From NCBI GenBank assembly GCA_037447435.1, contig JBBIGR010000003.1:32001-96000 (forward strand): a stretch of DNA of 64,000 nt, read 5' to 3'. The DNA comes from Fibrobacteria bacterium (GTDB lineage: Bacteria; Fibrobacterota; Chitinivibrionia; Chitinivibrionales; FEN-1185). Within the stretch, counting starts at the first letter, position 1. Each line of letters starts with the position of its first letter. The notes beneath the pieces are model-generated. The model saw nothing but the letters and a program-made list of their open reading frames with translations, made no database searches and was not told where the DNA came from. Position numbers and translations under genes: made by a program. Below, in pieces: positions 30,964 to 40,489 of the stretch.

Positions 30964-31119
30964 ATGATATTTTCATGTATAGATTGTGGAACCGAATTAA
31001 AACCCAATGAATGGGAAATCGGCTTTTGTGCAGATTGCAATGCGAAAATGGAAAACGATATCAATATTTTAAGAGAAAGCGAAGACGACAGCTTTGCCTT
31101 TCTTACTCAAACAGCGTAA
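30964..31119 (+). CDS. Small 51-aa zinc-ribbon protein
   Basis: AGGA upstream; MIFSCIDCGTELKPNEWEIGFCADCNAKMENDINILRESEDDSFAFLTQTA* with two CxxC motifs. Not in the ORF track. Confidence 0.6.
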   Translation: MIFSCIDCGTELKPNEWEIGFCADCNAKMENDINILRESEDDSFAFLTQTA

Positions 31120-31207
31120 TTTTCAATTAAAAAATTTGTTTTTTTCAGAAAATCTGTTATATTAAATAGTATGACGGTTTGCAGGGTATAAAAACCTGGG
31201 TAAAAAT

Positions 31208-31408
31208 ATGAAAAAAACGTTAATTTCGATATTATTAATTTCATCGTGCATTTTTACTGTTACTGCACAAACAACTACCACTGTGCAAAAGCAACCGCAA
31301 GGACAATCGATTCAGACAAATGATAAGAGTACTCTCAATAGGAAAACATCAACGGATGTTCCGCAAAAAGTAACAAATTGGTCAAAGATAAAAGATTTAT
31401 TCAGATAA
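31208..31408 (+). CDS. Small secreted protein (66 aa)
   Basis: Signal peptide MKKTLISILLISSCIFTVTA-Q; T/Q-rich middle; amphipathic tail NWSKIKDLFR; followed by a terminator. Confidence 0.65.
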   Translation: MKKTLISILLISSCIFTVTAQTTTTVQKQPQGQSIQTNDKSTLNRKTSTDVPQKVTNWSKIKDLFR

Positions 31409-31423
31409 TATCGCACTGAGTAA

Positions 31424-31467
31424 AAAATAAAAGAGGGAATTTCAACGGAAATTCCCTCTTTTATTTT
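31424..31467. terminator. Bidirectional intrinsic terminator
   Basis: AAAATAAAAGAGGGAATTTC-AACG-GAAATTCCCTCTTTTATTTT, a perfect 20-bp inverted repeat. Confidence 0.85.
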
Positions 31468-31494
31468 AGCAGATTTGTTGGAAATAGGGAGTTA

Positions 31495-32286
31495 CTATGG
31501 TTTCCACTCTACTTCAGTTTGTTCCTGTGTTAATTTGCGCGTTATTGATCCAATACTTATCGAAAACCCCATTTCCTGTAATGGTGCCCGCGAGTCGTTG
31601 AATTTTACTTTTGGTGATACAAATAATTCCAGTGAAATGTACATAAGGTTTTTAGATCCCATGGGTTGCGGCGGAAAGTAATCGATTGCAAGCCATCCGC
31701 GAACATTGTTGATATTTGAATATTTCCCCTCTGCTCCGTTGTACCCTTTGTTTTTTCCGAAAATCATATAGACGCTTGACCCGGCCGTAATATAACCGAA
31801 GTCGGAAACGTGGTATTGAAGGCCAAGACCGCCGTTAGCATCCAAACCGGAATACATGGCGCCGAGATCGTTTTTCGTGGAAAAATAAGTGCCTTGAAGA
31901 ATGCCGACAAGTCCCAATGAATTGTTGAAATACATCGGTGTTCCAACGCTCAAATGCGCACCTCCGCTAAAGCCGTATCCGCTGTGATACAATCCGAAAG
32001 TGTCTTTTGCCGTTGTGTCTTTCGCAATGTCCATTTGCGTTGCCCCTGCGCTTATTCCTATGGTAACATGTTGAAACGGTGAATACGAAATGTTAGCCAT
32101 AATCCTGTTTAAAATGCAAGGAACAGTATCGTTTGTTATCGAATAGCCGCCCGCATGGTACGATACCCCTGCGGCTATACGATCGGGAGGAATTATAACA
32201 GCCGGGTCGGCCAAATTGGAGGCAAAGCAAATACCATAAGCCATGATTGTAAAACAAAGAACTGCAATGTGATTAATAATCTTCAT
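31495..32286 (-). CDS. Putative outer-membrane beta-barrel protein
   Basis: Signal peptide; many Gly/aromatic alternating strands (ANISYSPF, GGLGLQYHV, GWLAIDY). Confidence 0.6.
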   Translation of the reverse strand: MKIINHIAVLCFTIMAYGICFASNLADPAVIIPPDRIAAGVSYHAGGYSITNDTVPCILNRIMANISYSPFQHVTIGISAGATQMDIAKDTTAKDTFGLYHSGYGFSGGAHLSVGTPMYFNNSLGLVGILQGTYFSTKNDLGAMYSGLDANGGLGLQYHVSDFGYITAGSSVYMIFGKNKGYNGAEGKYSNINNVRGWLAIDYFPPQPMGSKNLMYISLELFVSPKVKFNDSRAPLQEMGFSISIGSITRKLTQEQTEVEWKP

Positions 32287-32349
32287 GTTTTAATTTTGAT
32301 CCTATCTACACGTCTCCGTGAATATGTGGTGCCGTTTCCATAAAAGACA

Positions 32350-35300
32350 CTAATTTGTCCCGCCACCCACAATAGGGAGAATTAATTGTGCCGGGCTCAA
32401 AGTTTTAACGCCTTGGCTTTCGGCCCAAATCATGATTTCCACTTTCCAGGCATCTGCTTGTCCATACATAACCAAATTTGCGGCCTTTCCGCCAACTGTT
32501 TGTACCGTTCTTGTAATTGATACCGTTGTTTGAGGATCGGCAACCCCGTTTTTAGGATCGGTATCGATATCATAGCCCATCCCATGATGAGCGGCCTTAT
32601 AGGCATTAAGCTGGGCCGTATAAGCAGAATCCGTCATTGAAGATGCCCAACCGATAAGCGGTTCATACGTGTCGCGAACTCCATTACCGTTAAAATCGGC
32701 AAATATGGTATCTTGATGAAGAATATTGCCCAAAGAATCGACGATCGTATTTGCCACTTTCCATGGCTCGACTACATCACCCGGAAGATAATCCCTTTTC
32801 CCGTTTTTATTGATATCAAGATAAGGCGGGCCTGGGGTGAAAATACCGTCACCGTCTATATCTTCACCGCGCGACGCAACGCCGTCGCCATTTCGGTCCT
32901 CTCCCGGATCAAGCTGATAATTATCGTTGAGGTCCTCAAACGGAAGAATGGTATAGGTTGTATCGATTTTAACGGAATAGTTATTCGTTCCGGATACCGG
33001 AGTAAATGTCGCGACCGGTTGTTTCATCACCCAGCCTGAAACTTTGCAGGAGAAAGTCACTTCCGTGCCGTCGGCAACCGGATTTCCATTGACATCGGTT
33101 ACAAGAGCTGCGCACGGCAAGCCGAACGTTCCGTCTTTAAAGTCTTTTCCTTCTACAATATTTTGCCGGATAGTAATGGCATGCGGAGGACCGGCGATCG
33201 TGAATTTCAACGTATCGGATTTGATTGAAGATAAATCGCCCGCAGTCACCCAAACTTGACGGAAGAGGCTGGGGATTTTCCCGGACACCAAATAGGTAAT
33301 TGCAGATCCGTCTTCGGCCGTAATTGCCGTCGGAGGATCCAGATATTCGCCGCCGCCGGGACCGGAGGCCATATTGAATGAAATTCGCTCGTCTTTGACG
33401 CGGTTTCCAAGCGAGTCGTATGCGACCGCGGTTATTTGAGCCTTACTGCCGTTTGCGGCAATAACCTCCGGCGTGCCCGAGAGCACGATGCGCTTGATCT
33501 TTGTTGCTCTAAAGTACAAGTTAAACGAAGCAGACGTCATTTCGGAAGATGATTTTGCAAACGCGAAAATCGTGGCGGTATTTGCAAATGTCGGATTTTT
33601 CAGGTACAACGACAGCTTTCCGTTGTCTGCGGGGGATAAGGTCAATCGCCGGGTAAAAACGGTGTCGCGATTCAAACTGCCGAGCGTCACGCTGACGTCT
33701 ACCGTGGCATTGCTTATGGGAGTGGTTTTGTCCCCTTGCTTATAATAAATGTAAATCAGTGTAGAGTCTTTGCCGTTTGCAATGCACAATTGGCCGGCGG
33801 CGGTATCTATGGACAAATAATTAGACGAATAAGAAATTCCGACCTTGGCCGTCGCTCCTGCGGCTTCCGCCCGAATCGTATCAACGCCGGTCCCTTTTCC
33901 AAAAACTTTGCATCGGGCCTGCCCGCTCGTATTGGTTGCGGAATCGAGGACCAGAATATGGGTACTGTCCTGTTGTTTTGAAAAATTGACCGGTTCACCG
34001 ACAATCGGATTTTTAGATGCATCGGTTAACAGTATTGTCACTATGCTCGAATCCTTGCCGCTCGAATTGATACTGGGCGGATTTGACGCGGCGGAGATTG
34101 CTACACCGGTGAATTCGACGAGGATCGTGACGAACCTCGAGGGGTCTTTTGCCAACGTGGCTTTAACCGTTGCGATTGCATTGCGCCGATCGCTTGTCAA
34201 ATATGCAATTGCACGGCCATTGTCGTCTGTTTTTGCAGTGCCCGTCACCATGCCGGCATCGGTCGTAAAGGTGATATCGTCGCCTATGATAGGGTTATTG
34301 TCTTCGTTTTTCACCTGTACCGTGATCGTTGCTTTACTGGTACCGTCCGCCTGGATAACCGTCGGGATCGAATTGATCGTGATTGTTCGTGTGGTGATTA
34401 ATGTCAAAGATGTTGATGACGAAGCCATTTCCGAAGAAGAATTATAGGCGGTTACCTCGAGTGTCATGATGCATTCATACGGCAAGGCGGTAATGCCGAT
34501 TGCACTTTTGCCTTGAGCGTCGGTTTTTGCAATGAGTAAATCCGAAGTATCTTTACCGGCAATAGTTTGGTACGTCCGTTTAACCTTTATATCCTTGCCG
34601 GACAATGGGTCGCCGCTGCCGTTTTTAAAAAGGACATGCAATGTCGTCGATTTCGAATCCCTGGCCTGCAGGATCTTATCGTCGAGCGATATGGACAATA
34701 GCAGGTCGGTAACGTTTATTTTCAGGCTTGCGGTCGCTCCGGCCGCATAGATGCGGACCGAATCGGTTCCGGTCTTCGTCCCTTTGATAATGCATTGCGC
34801 AATTCCTTCCGGTCCCGAAATGCTGTCTTTGGACACAATTGTCAGGTTCGAGGCGGCATCTTTTCCCAGCGTAAAGAAAATCGGCGCATAGGGAATCGGG
34901 TCGTTCGCCGCATTGACGCAAAGGGCATGCAGTACCGTTGTTGCGCCGGGTTTCAAATTTGTCGAGTCCGACGTGACAAGGATCGACGCACCCTTGAAAA
35001 CGACCTTCGTTTGGGCGGTTTTTGACCGGTCCGATACTAAAAATACGGTTACAAATCCGGTGTCGTTGGCATTTGAACTTGTCAATGTTGCCCTGGCAAC
35101 GCCCTGATTATCGGTCGCAACCTGCCCGAGCCCCGGACAGGTTGATTGCGTGCCGACGATAAGCCCCGCGCTCGTCATAAACTGAACGCATTGACCGACG
35201 ACCGGGTTGTTGTTTTCATTTTTTAACACAACGGCAATGGAAGTCGTATCTTTTCCGTCGGCACGCAGAACGGCGCGATTCGGGGAAACGCTGAGAAGCT

Positions 35301-35745
35301 TTTGTATGAGGTCGGGCGTGTTGGTGATGTCGATGTGAAGCGTTTGAGACGTTGTCAAACACGTCAATGTAATATCCATCCGGCTCTTGACCGTATCGCT
35401 GATTTTAAGTACCGCATGGCCCTTGGCATCGGCAATCAGCGTGTCTGCCGAAAGCCATCCGCGGTTCGCCTTGCATGCGACTTTAGCACTTGCAAACGGT
35501 GTGGACAGCGAACTGTCTTGCATGACGGTTATTCCAATTGACAATGTATCGTCGATCCCGACGTAATTGCTGTCTTGTGCAACGACGAAATACGGCTTAA
35601 TGGCGGTGCTTTGGCGATCGTTCCCGTTTTGGTCGTTGGGGCCGGTTGGTGCCAGCGTCCCATTGTCGTCTTTGATGGTGCAGAGTAAAAACATGCTCAA
35701 ACCGCAAGCTGCGATCAAATTGGTAATATATTTTACAGATTTCAC
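32350..35745 (-). CDS. Invasin/intimin-type Big_1 repeat surface (lipo)protein with C-terminal DxDxDG Ca-binding motifs
   Basis: GGAG then GTG; FLLC lipobox-like; repeated ADG..T..I.V...NNNP..G..V.F...TD.QG.A modules; EDRNGDG, EDIDGDG, DINKNG, DFNGNG. Confidence 0.8.
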   Translation of the reverse strand: MKSVKYITNLIAACGLSMFLLCTIKDDNGTLAPTGPNDQNGNDRQSTAIKPYFVVAQDSNYVGIDDTLSIGITVMQDSSLSTPFASAKVACKANRGWLSADTLIADAKGHAVLKISDTVKSRMDITLTCLTTSQTLHIDITNTPDLIQKLLSVSPNRAVLRADGKDTTSIAVVLKNENNNPVVGQCVQFMTSAGLIVGTQSTCPGLGQVATDNQGVARATLTSSNANDTGFVTVFLVSDRSKTAQTKVVFKGASILVTSDSTNLKPGATTVLHALCVNAANDPIPYAPIFFTLGKDAASNLTIVSKDSISGPEGIAQCIIKGTKTGTDSVRIYAAGATASLKINVTDLLLSISLDDKILQARDSKSTTLHVLFKNGSGDPLSGKDIKVKRTYQTIAGKDTSDLLIAKTDAQGKSAIGITALPYECIMTLEVTAYNSSSEMASSSTSLTLITTRTITINSIPTVIQADGTSKATITVQVKNEDNNPIIGDDITFTTDAGMVTGTAKTDDNGRAIAYLTSDRRNAIATVKATLAKDPSRFVTILVEFTGVAISAASNPPSINSSGKDSSIVTILLTDASKNPIVGEPVNFSKQQDSTHILVLDSATNTSGQARCKVFGKGTGVDTIRAEAAGATAKVGISYSSNYLSIDTAAGQLCIANGKDSTLIYIYYKQGDKTTPISNATVDVSVTLGSLNRDTVFTRRLTLSPADNGKLSLYLKNPTFANTATIFAFAKSSSEMTSASFNLYFRATKIKRIVLSGTPEVIAANGSKAQITAVAYDSLGNRVKDERISFNMASGPGGGEYLDPPTAITAEDGSAITYLVSGKIPSLFRQVWVTAGDLSSIKSDTLKFTIAGPPHAITIRQNIVEGKDFKDGTFGLPCAALVTDVNGNPVADGTEVTFSCKVSGWVMKQPVATFTPVSGTNNYSVKIDTTYTILPFEDLNDNYQLDPGEDRNGDGVASRGEDIDGDGIFTPGPPYLDINKNGKRDYLPGDVVEPWKVANTIVDSLGNILHQDTIFADFNGNGVRDTYEPLIGWASSMTDSAYTAQLNAYKAAHHGMGYDIDTDPKNGVADPQTTVSITRTVQTVGGKAANLVMYGQADAWKVEIMIWAESQGVKTLSPAQLILPIVGGGTN

Positions 35746-35912
35746 AAAGTCTCCTTCTAGGGAGATGAAAAGTATTTTTAAAAAGGCCCGATTTTTATCA
35801 AATGATTAAAAACACGATTTTAATGGAATTTTGCATTTAAATTATACGTATCTTACGTTGAAAAATTCAATTATTAAAATTCCTCTTTTAAGGAAAACGA
35901 ATCCGCAAAATT

Positions 35913-37220
35913 ATGGACCAATTACACACTCGCCTCATAACGGTTGTTTCGGTGGATAAAGGCTCGGCGGCCCAAAAATGCGGGCTTCGGTCCGGGGACA
36001 AAATAATATCTGTCAACGATTCGCCGGTTAAGGACGAATTCGATTTCCGCTTCCACGCGGCATGCGATACGGTCAGGATGGTCATTCTCCGGGAAAACAT
36101 ACCCCGAATGCTCTGCTTGGACCGTAGCGACAATACGCTGCTTGGCATTCATTTCGCGCAGCCGAAACTGAAAAAATGCGGAAATAAATGCATTTTCTGT
36201 TTTGTCGATCAAATGCCCAAGGGGCTTCGGAAAAGCCTGTACATCAAGGATGAGGATTTGGGATATTCATTTACTAATGGAAACTATGTGACGCTTTCGA
36301 CCACTCCCAACGCCGAATTGTCGCGCCTTGCAAAGTTAGGGATGTCGCCGTTATTTATTTCGGTTCATGCGACAGATACCAAGCTGCGGCGGGCTTTATT
36401 ATGCAATCCCAGGGCATACGATATAATGGAGCAATTGCGTTTCGGCGCAAAGGAAGGGCTTTCGTTCCATACGCAAATCGTGGTATGTCCCGGTTATAAC
36501 GACGGAAGCGTCCTTGCACGGTCGATTCGGGATTTGTTATCGCTGAAACATGGGCTATTATCGATAGCGGTTGTGCCGGTTGGGCTTACCTCTCATAGGA
36601 AAATACCGTTAACACCGGTTAATAAGGATATTGCAAGTGCCGTCGTAGACCTTGTTTCTCCAATGAGCGATGCCGATACAAGTAAAAATGGAAACAGGAG
36701 GCTTTTTTGCGCCGATGAATTTTTTATAAAAGCCGAAATTCCTATACCGCAGAAAAGGTATTATGAAGAATATCCTCAAATAGAAAACGGCGTTGGCCTT
36801 GTTCGGCAGCTTTTAGACGAATGGACGAGAATTAAACGCGGTGTATTGCAAAAACAATTGGAATCGAAATCGAAACGAAAAAATGTACTTATCGTTACGT
36901 CCGAATCCGCGGCAGCATTCTTAAAACGCATTGTGACCGATTGCAATAATGTACGCAAAAACGATGCTGTCGGATTATGCGTGGTAAAAAACAACTTTTT
37001 CGGAGGCCATGTTTCCGTAGCGGGGCTGCTGACTGCTTCCGATATTTTTCATTCGGTAAAACAAGTTAAAACTAAATTCGAGCTGCTCATCGTGCCGCAT
37101 ATCATTTTTAATTATCAAGGTTTTACTCTCGATGGATATTCTCCCGGCAGAATGCAAAAAATGCTTGGCGTGAAGTTGACGGTCGCGGATTCACTCTCGA
37201 CGATGGTATCAAACCTATGA
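35913..37220 (+). CDS. PDZ + DUF512 radical-SAM-like Fe-S protein
   Basis: GSAAQKCGLRSGDKI PDZ motif; CGNKCIFC; KDED; VVPVGLT; YPQIENGVG. Confidence 0.88.
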   Translation: MDQLHTRLITVVSVDKGSAAQKCGLRSGDKIISVNDSPVKDEFDFRFHAACDTVRMVILRENIPRMLCLDRSDNTLLGIHFAQPKLKKCGNKCIFCFVDQMPKGLRKSLYIKDEDLGYSFTNGNYVTLSTTPNAELSRLAKLGMSPLFISVHATDTKLRRALLCNPRAYDIMEQLRFGAKEGLSFHTQIVVCPGYNDGSVLARSIRDLLSLKHGLLSIAVVPVGLTSHRKIPLTPVNKDIASAVVDLVSPMSDADTSKNGNRRLFCADEFFIKAEIPIPQKRYYEEYPQIENGVGLVRQLLDEWTRIKRGVLQKQLESKSKRKNVLIVTSESAAAFLKRIVTDCNNVRKNDAVGLCVVKNNFFGGHVSVAGLLTASDIFHSVKQVKTKFELLIVPHIIFNYQGFTLDGYSPGRMQKMLGVKLTVADSLSTMVSNL

Positions 37221-37930
37221 TACCGGTAAAAATAGGCGAGAAAGTTAGGCTGAACAGATTTTTAGCATCCTGCGGTCTGGGCACAAGGCGGGAATGTGAA
37301 TCTTTGATTGCGGCAGGCGCTATTTCCGTTAATGGTGCCGTTGTCAAAGACCTTGGCAGAAAAATTGCAGCCGGTGAAGATACCGTGGAATACAAAGGGA
37401 AGCCCGTTTCTTCAAACGCAACTCATATTTACAGAGCTTATCATATTGCGGAAAGTGGTAATGCGGCAAATTTAAATGAAACCTTCAACGGCAAAACCTT
37501 ACGGCCGCTCGACCGGCTTGACGAAAACGTCCGGGGCCTGCTTATTTTTACGACGGATTCCGATTTGATACACCGATGTACTTTTACCCGATATCCTTTA
37601 AAATCCGTTTACCGGCTTCGTACCGATACAATGCTTTCCAATGAGCATTTGCAAAACCTCATAAGCGGGGTAGAGTCCAAAGGTCAAGTTCTGCATGCCG
37701 TTGAAATTGAAAGACATAAAGAGCTTGATGGCGAATGTTTGATTGTAACCGTATATGAAAGAAAAACAAACCAAATTCAGCGGTTATTTGAATCTTTAGG
37801 ATATGTTTGTACCTTTATTGAACGAATTCAATTCGGTCCGATCCGGCTTGATGGAATTCCTGAAAACTCCTATAGGACATTATCGAGCCTCGAAGTCGCT
37901 GCGCTTTCGTCTGCAGGATATTCCCGATAG
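37217..37930 (+). CDS. S4-domain pseudouridine synthase (RsuA/RluB family)
   Basis: RLNRFLA..G..TRR S4 domain; RLDENVRGLLIFT with the catalytic Asp; RIQFGPI. Confidence 0.85.
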   Translation: MIPVKIGEKVRLNRFLASCGLGTRRECESLIAAGAISVNGAVVKDLGRKIAAGEDTVEYKGKPVSSNATHIYRAYHIAESGNAANLNETFNGKTLRPLDRLDENVRGLLIFTTDSDLIHRCTFTRYPLKSVYRLRTDTMLSNEHLQNLISGVESKGQVLHAVEIERHKELDGECLIVTVYERKTNQIQRLFESLGYVCTFIERIQFGPIRLDGIPENSYRTLSSLEVAALSSAGYSR

Positions 37931-38033
37931 AGTTTTTCAGGTTGACTTTACAATCTGCGCAACCATATAATGTAACAGCGGCATCCCGGCTGTGAATACT
38001 TCCGGCCGGCGGGGTTCCAGCGGAAACGCAGAT

Positions 38034-39983
38034 ATGATAAATAATTTCGATATTGCAACGGTGAATAAATTTCTCGCATCATATCCCGATGGCGTGGTGG
38101 TTTGCGATGACAAGGGTATTATTATTGCAATCAATCCGTTAGCTGCGTCCTTTTTTGCCCCTCTTTCAAAAAAAAACGGATCCGTCGGTTCACCGCTTCC
38201 CGTGCCGCTTAAAATAGGTGAAACTTTCGAAATCGTCATTGGTGAAACCACATTGGAAATCCGGGCCTCAAGCCTCATGGAATTTCCGCAAAAAATGATA
38301 CTCGCAGCCGTGCGCGACATAACGGACCGTAAAAAGCGTGAAAATGCCATTTGCGCAAGTGAAGAACGGTACGCGCTTGCCGTTCAAGGATCCAATGACG
38401 GACTGTGGGACTGGGATCTTAAAAACAGCCGGGTGTTTTATTCCGAACGATGGAAATCGATATTAGGGTACGACCAATTTGAAATAGGGACAAGCCCCGA
38501 AGAGTGGTTCAGCCGTATCCACGCCGACGACTTAACAAACGTTAAATCTATTATATCCGCTCATATTGAAGGCGCTACGCCGACACTGGAATGCGAACAC
38601 CGTGTCGCGCATAAAGACGGTTCTTTTCGATGGCTTTTGTGCCGGGGAATTGCGGTATTCGGCAAAGACGGAACCGTATGCCGCTTGACCGGGTCGCAAA
38701 CCGATATCACCGAGAGAAAAGAAGCGGAGCAAAAACTTGCCGCAGCAATGAGCGATTTGAAGTTTGCACTTGCTTCGGAACAGGTGCTTCTTGACGAATT
38801 GGATAAAAAAAACAAAGAGCTTATCGAACTGTCCATAACCGACGGGCTTACGGGACTCTACAATCATCGGTTTATCCAGGAACGTTTTGAATTCGAATTC
38901 AAACGGGTAAAACGATACGGCGGCACGCTGTCGTGCATGATGATCGATATAGACCATTTCAAGAACCTTAACGATACCTATGGACATCAATGCGGCGATC
39001 ATGTTTTAAGGGAAATTTCCGCATTGTTGCGTAAGCTGTCGCGCGAGGTCGATATATGCGGGAGATACGGCGGCGAAGAATTTCTTATATTAACAAATGT
39101 TAATATCGATTTTACCACGTTATTTGCAAATAAGCTTCATGCGGCAATCGAGCGTCATCCGTTTTCCTTTGAAGATAAAACGTTTCAGGTAACGGTGAGT
39201 ATCGGCGTGGCCGATTTCAGACCGAGCATGAAAGACCGGCATGAGCTGATCGAACATGCGGATATGGCTTTGTATCAGGCCAAAGAAGACGGCAGAAATC
39301 TGATCAGGGTATGGAAAGAAAAAATGGGGGAAGACGAACAGACCGTCGATCACTACAGCGCTCAGGAATTAAAAAAGAAATTCGTGCTTCTTTCCGACCA
39401 AATGCGCGGGACCTACATGGAATACACCAACGCGTTGGTCAAAGCCGTGGATGCGAAAGATCCTTTTACAAAAGAGCATTCTCAGAATGTCTCGAACAGC
39501 GCCGTATCCATTGCGCGCGCAATGAAACTGCCCGATACCGACGTGGAAATTATCAAATACGCGGGTTTGCTGCATGATGTTGGAAAAATTGCCGTAAACC
39601 AGGACATACTCGTTAAAAAAGAACCCCTTACGAAAGAAGAATTCGAACACCTTAAAAAGCACTCGGTCATCGGCGTCAATATATTGAAGGATATTCGGTT
39701 CTTGGAAAAGGAAATCCCCTTGATTTTGCATCATCACGAACGGTGGGACGGCAAAGGATATCCGCACGGCCTTCGCGGCAGGGAAATACCGCTGGGTGCC
39801 CGCATAATAGCCGTTGCCGACGCTTTCGACGCGATGACCTCGGGGCGAGGGTACAAAGACAAAGTTCCCTTGGCAAGTGTGATTGCCGAATTACGGCGAG
39901 GAAGCGGGACGCAATTTGCGCCGGAGGTAGTCGATGTGTTTATTACGGTTCTGGAAAATATCCCGGACAACCATAAACCGTGA
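38034..39983 (+). CDS. PAS + GGDEF diguanylate cyclase + HD-GYP phosphodiesterase
   Basis: DGLWDWD PAS_3 motif; TDGLTGLYN, REVD I-site, GGEEF; HDVGK, HHERWDGKGYP. Alternative start at 37992. Confidence 0.92.
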   Translation: MINNFDIATVNKFLASYPDGVVVCDDKGIIIAINPLAASFFAPLSKKNGSVGSPLPVPLKIGETFEIVIGETTLEIRASSLMEFPQKMILAAVRDITDRKKRENAICASEERYALAVQGSNDGLWDWDLKNSRVFYSERWKSILGYDQFEIGTSPEEWFSRIHADDLTNVKSIISAHIEGATPTLECEHRVAHKDGSFRWLLCRGIAVFGKDGTVCRLTGSQTDITERKEAEQKLAAAMSDLKFALASEQVLLDELDKKNKELIELSITDGLTGLYNHRFIQERFEFEFKRVKRYGGTLSCMMIDIDHFKNLNDTYGHQCGDHVLREISALLRKLSREVDICGRYGGEEFLILTNVNIDFTTLFANKLHAAIERHPFSFEDKTFQVTVSIGVADFRPSMKDRHELIEHADMALYQAKEDGRNLIRVWKEKMGEDEQTVDHYSAQELKKKFVLLSDQMRGTYMEYTNALVKAVDAKDPFTKEHSQNVSNSAVSIARAMKLPDTDVEIIKYAGLLHDVGKIAVNQDILVKKEPLTKEEFEHLKKHSVIGVNILKDIRFLEKEIPLILHHHERWDGKGYPHGLRGREIPLGARIIAVADAFDAMTSGRGYKDKVPLASVIAELRRGSGTQFAPEVVDVFITVLENIPDNHKP

Positions 39984-40115
39984 AAATTGATTTGATGTAT
40001 AATGTGAGATAATGTATAATTATGAAAAGGTTCATCCCCGTACGGGGTCGGGACTGCTAAATGATAAAAGATCTCTCGCATGGCGTTAAGATACCGGAAG
40101 ATTGTGGAGGAATAA

Positions 40116-40460
40116 ATGAAAATACGTATTGAAGATATTGAAAATGTAACGGTCGTATTCATAGATGGTAATGTGTTGCAGGAAAATGTCCCGATCTTCA
40201 GGGTTAAACTTTTGGAACTTGTTGAGGAAGGCAAGGTCAATATCGTTCTGGATATGGTCGCATCCAATTATATCAGTTCGATGTGTCTGGCAACCATCGT
40301 CGATGTCAAGAAAAAAGTCAATGAACAGGGCGGCGACCTCAAATTAGCACGCGTCAATAAACTCGTGCGTAATCTGCTCGAAACAACGAGCCTCATCAAA
40401 AAAGTCGAAACCTATGAGGAAATCGATCAGGCGGTACAATCTTTTGCTCCCAAAAAATGA
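40116..40460 (+). CDS. STAS-domain anti-sigma-factor antagonist
   Basis: GGAGG RBS; IVLDMVASNYISSMCL...GGDLKL. Confidence 0.9.
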   Translation: MKIRIEDIENVTVVFIDGNVLQENVPIFRVKLLELVEEGKVNIVLDMVASNYISSMCLATIVDVKKKVNEQGGDLKLARVNKLVRNLLETTSLIKKVETYEEIDQAVQSFAPKK

Positions 40461-40489
40461 ACCGAACGGTTATATTCATTTAGCAATAA

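Noticed and set aside
37217..37930. Pseudouridine synthase as an inactive pseudo-enzyme
   Set aside because: Motif I is diverged and GRLD reads DRLD, but the catalytic Asp is retained.
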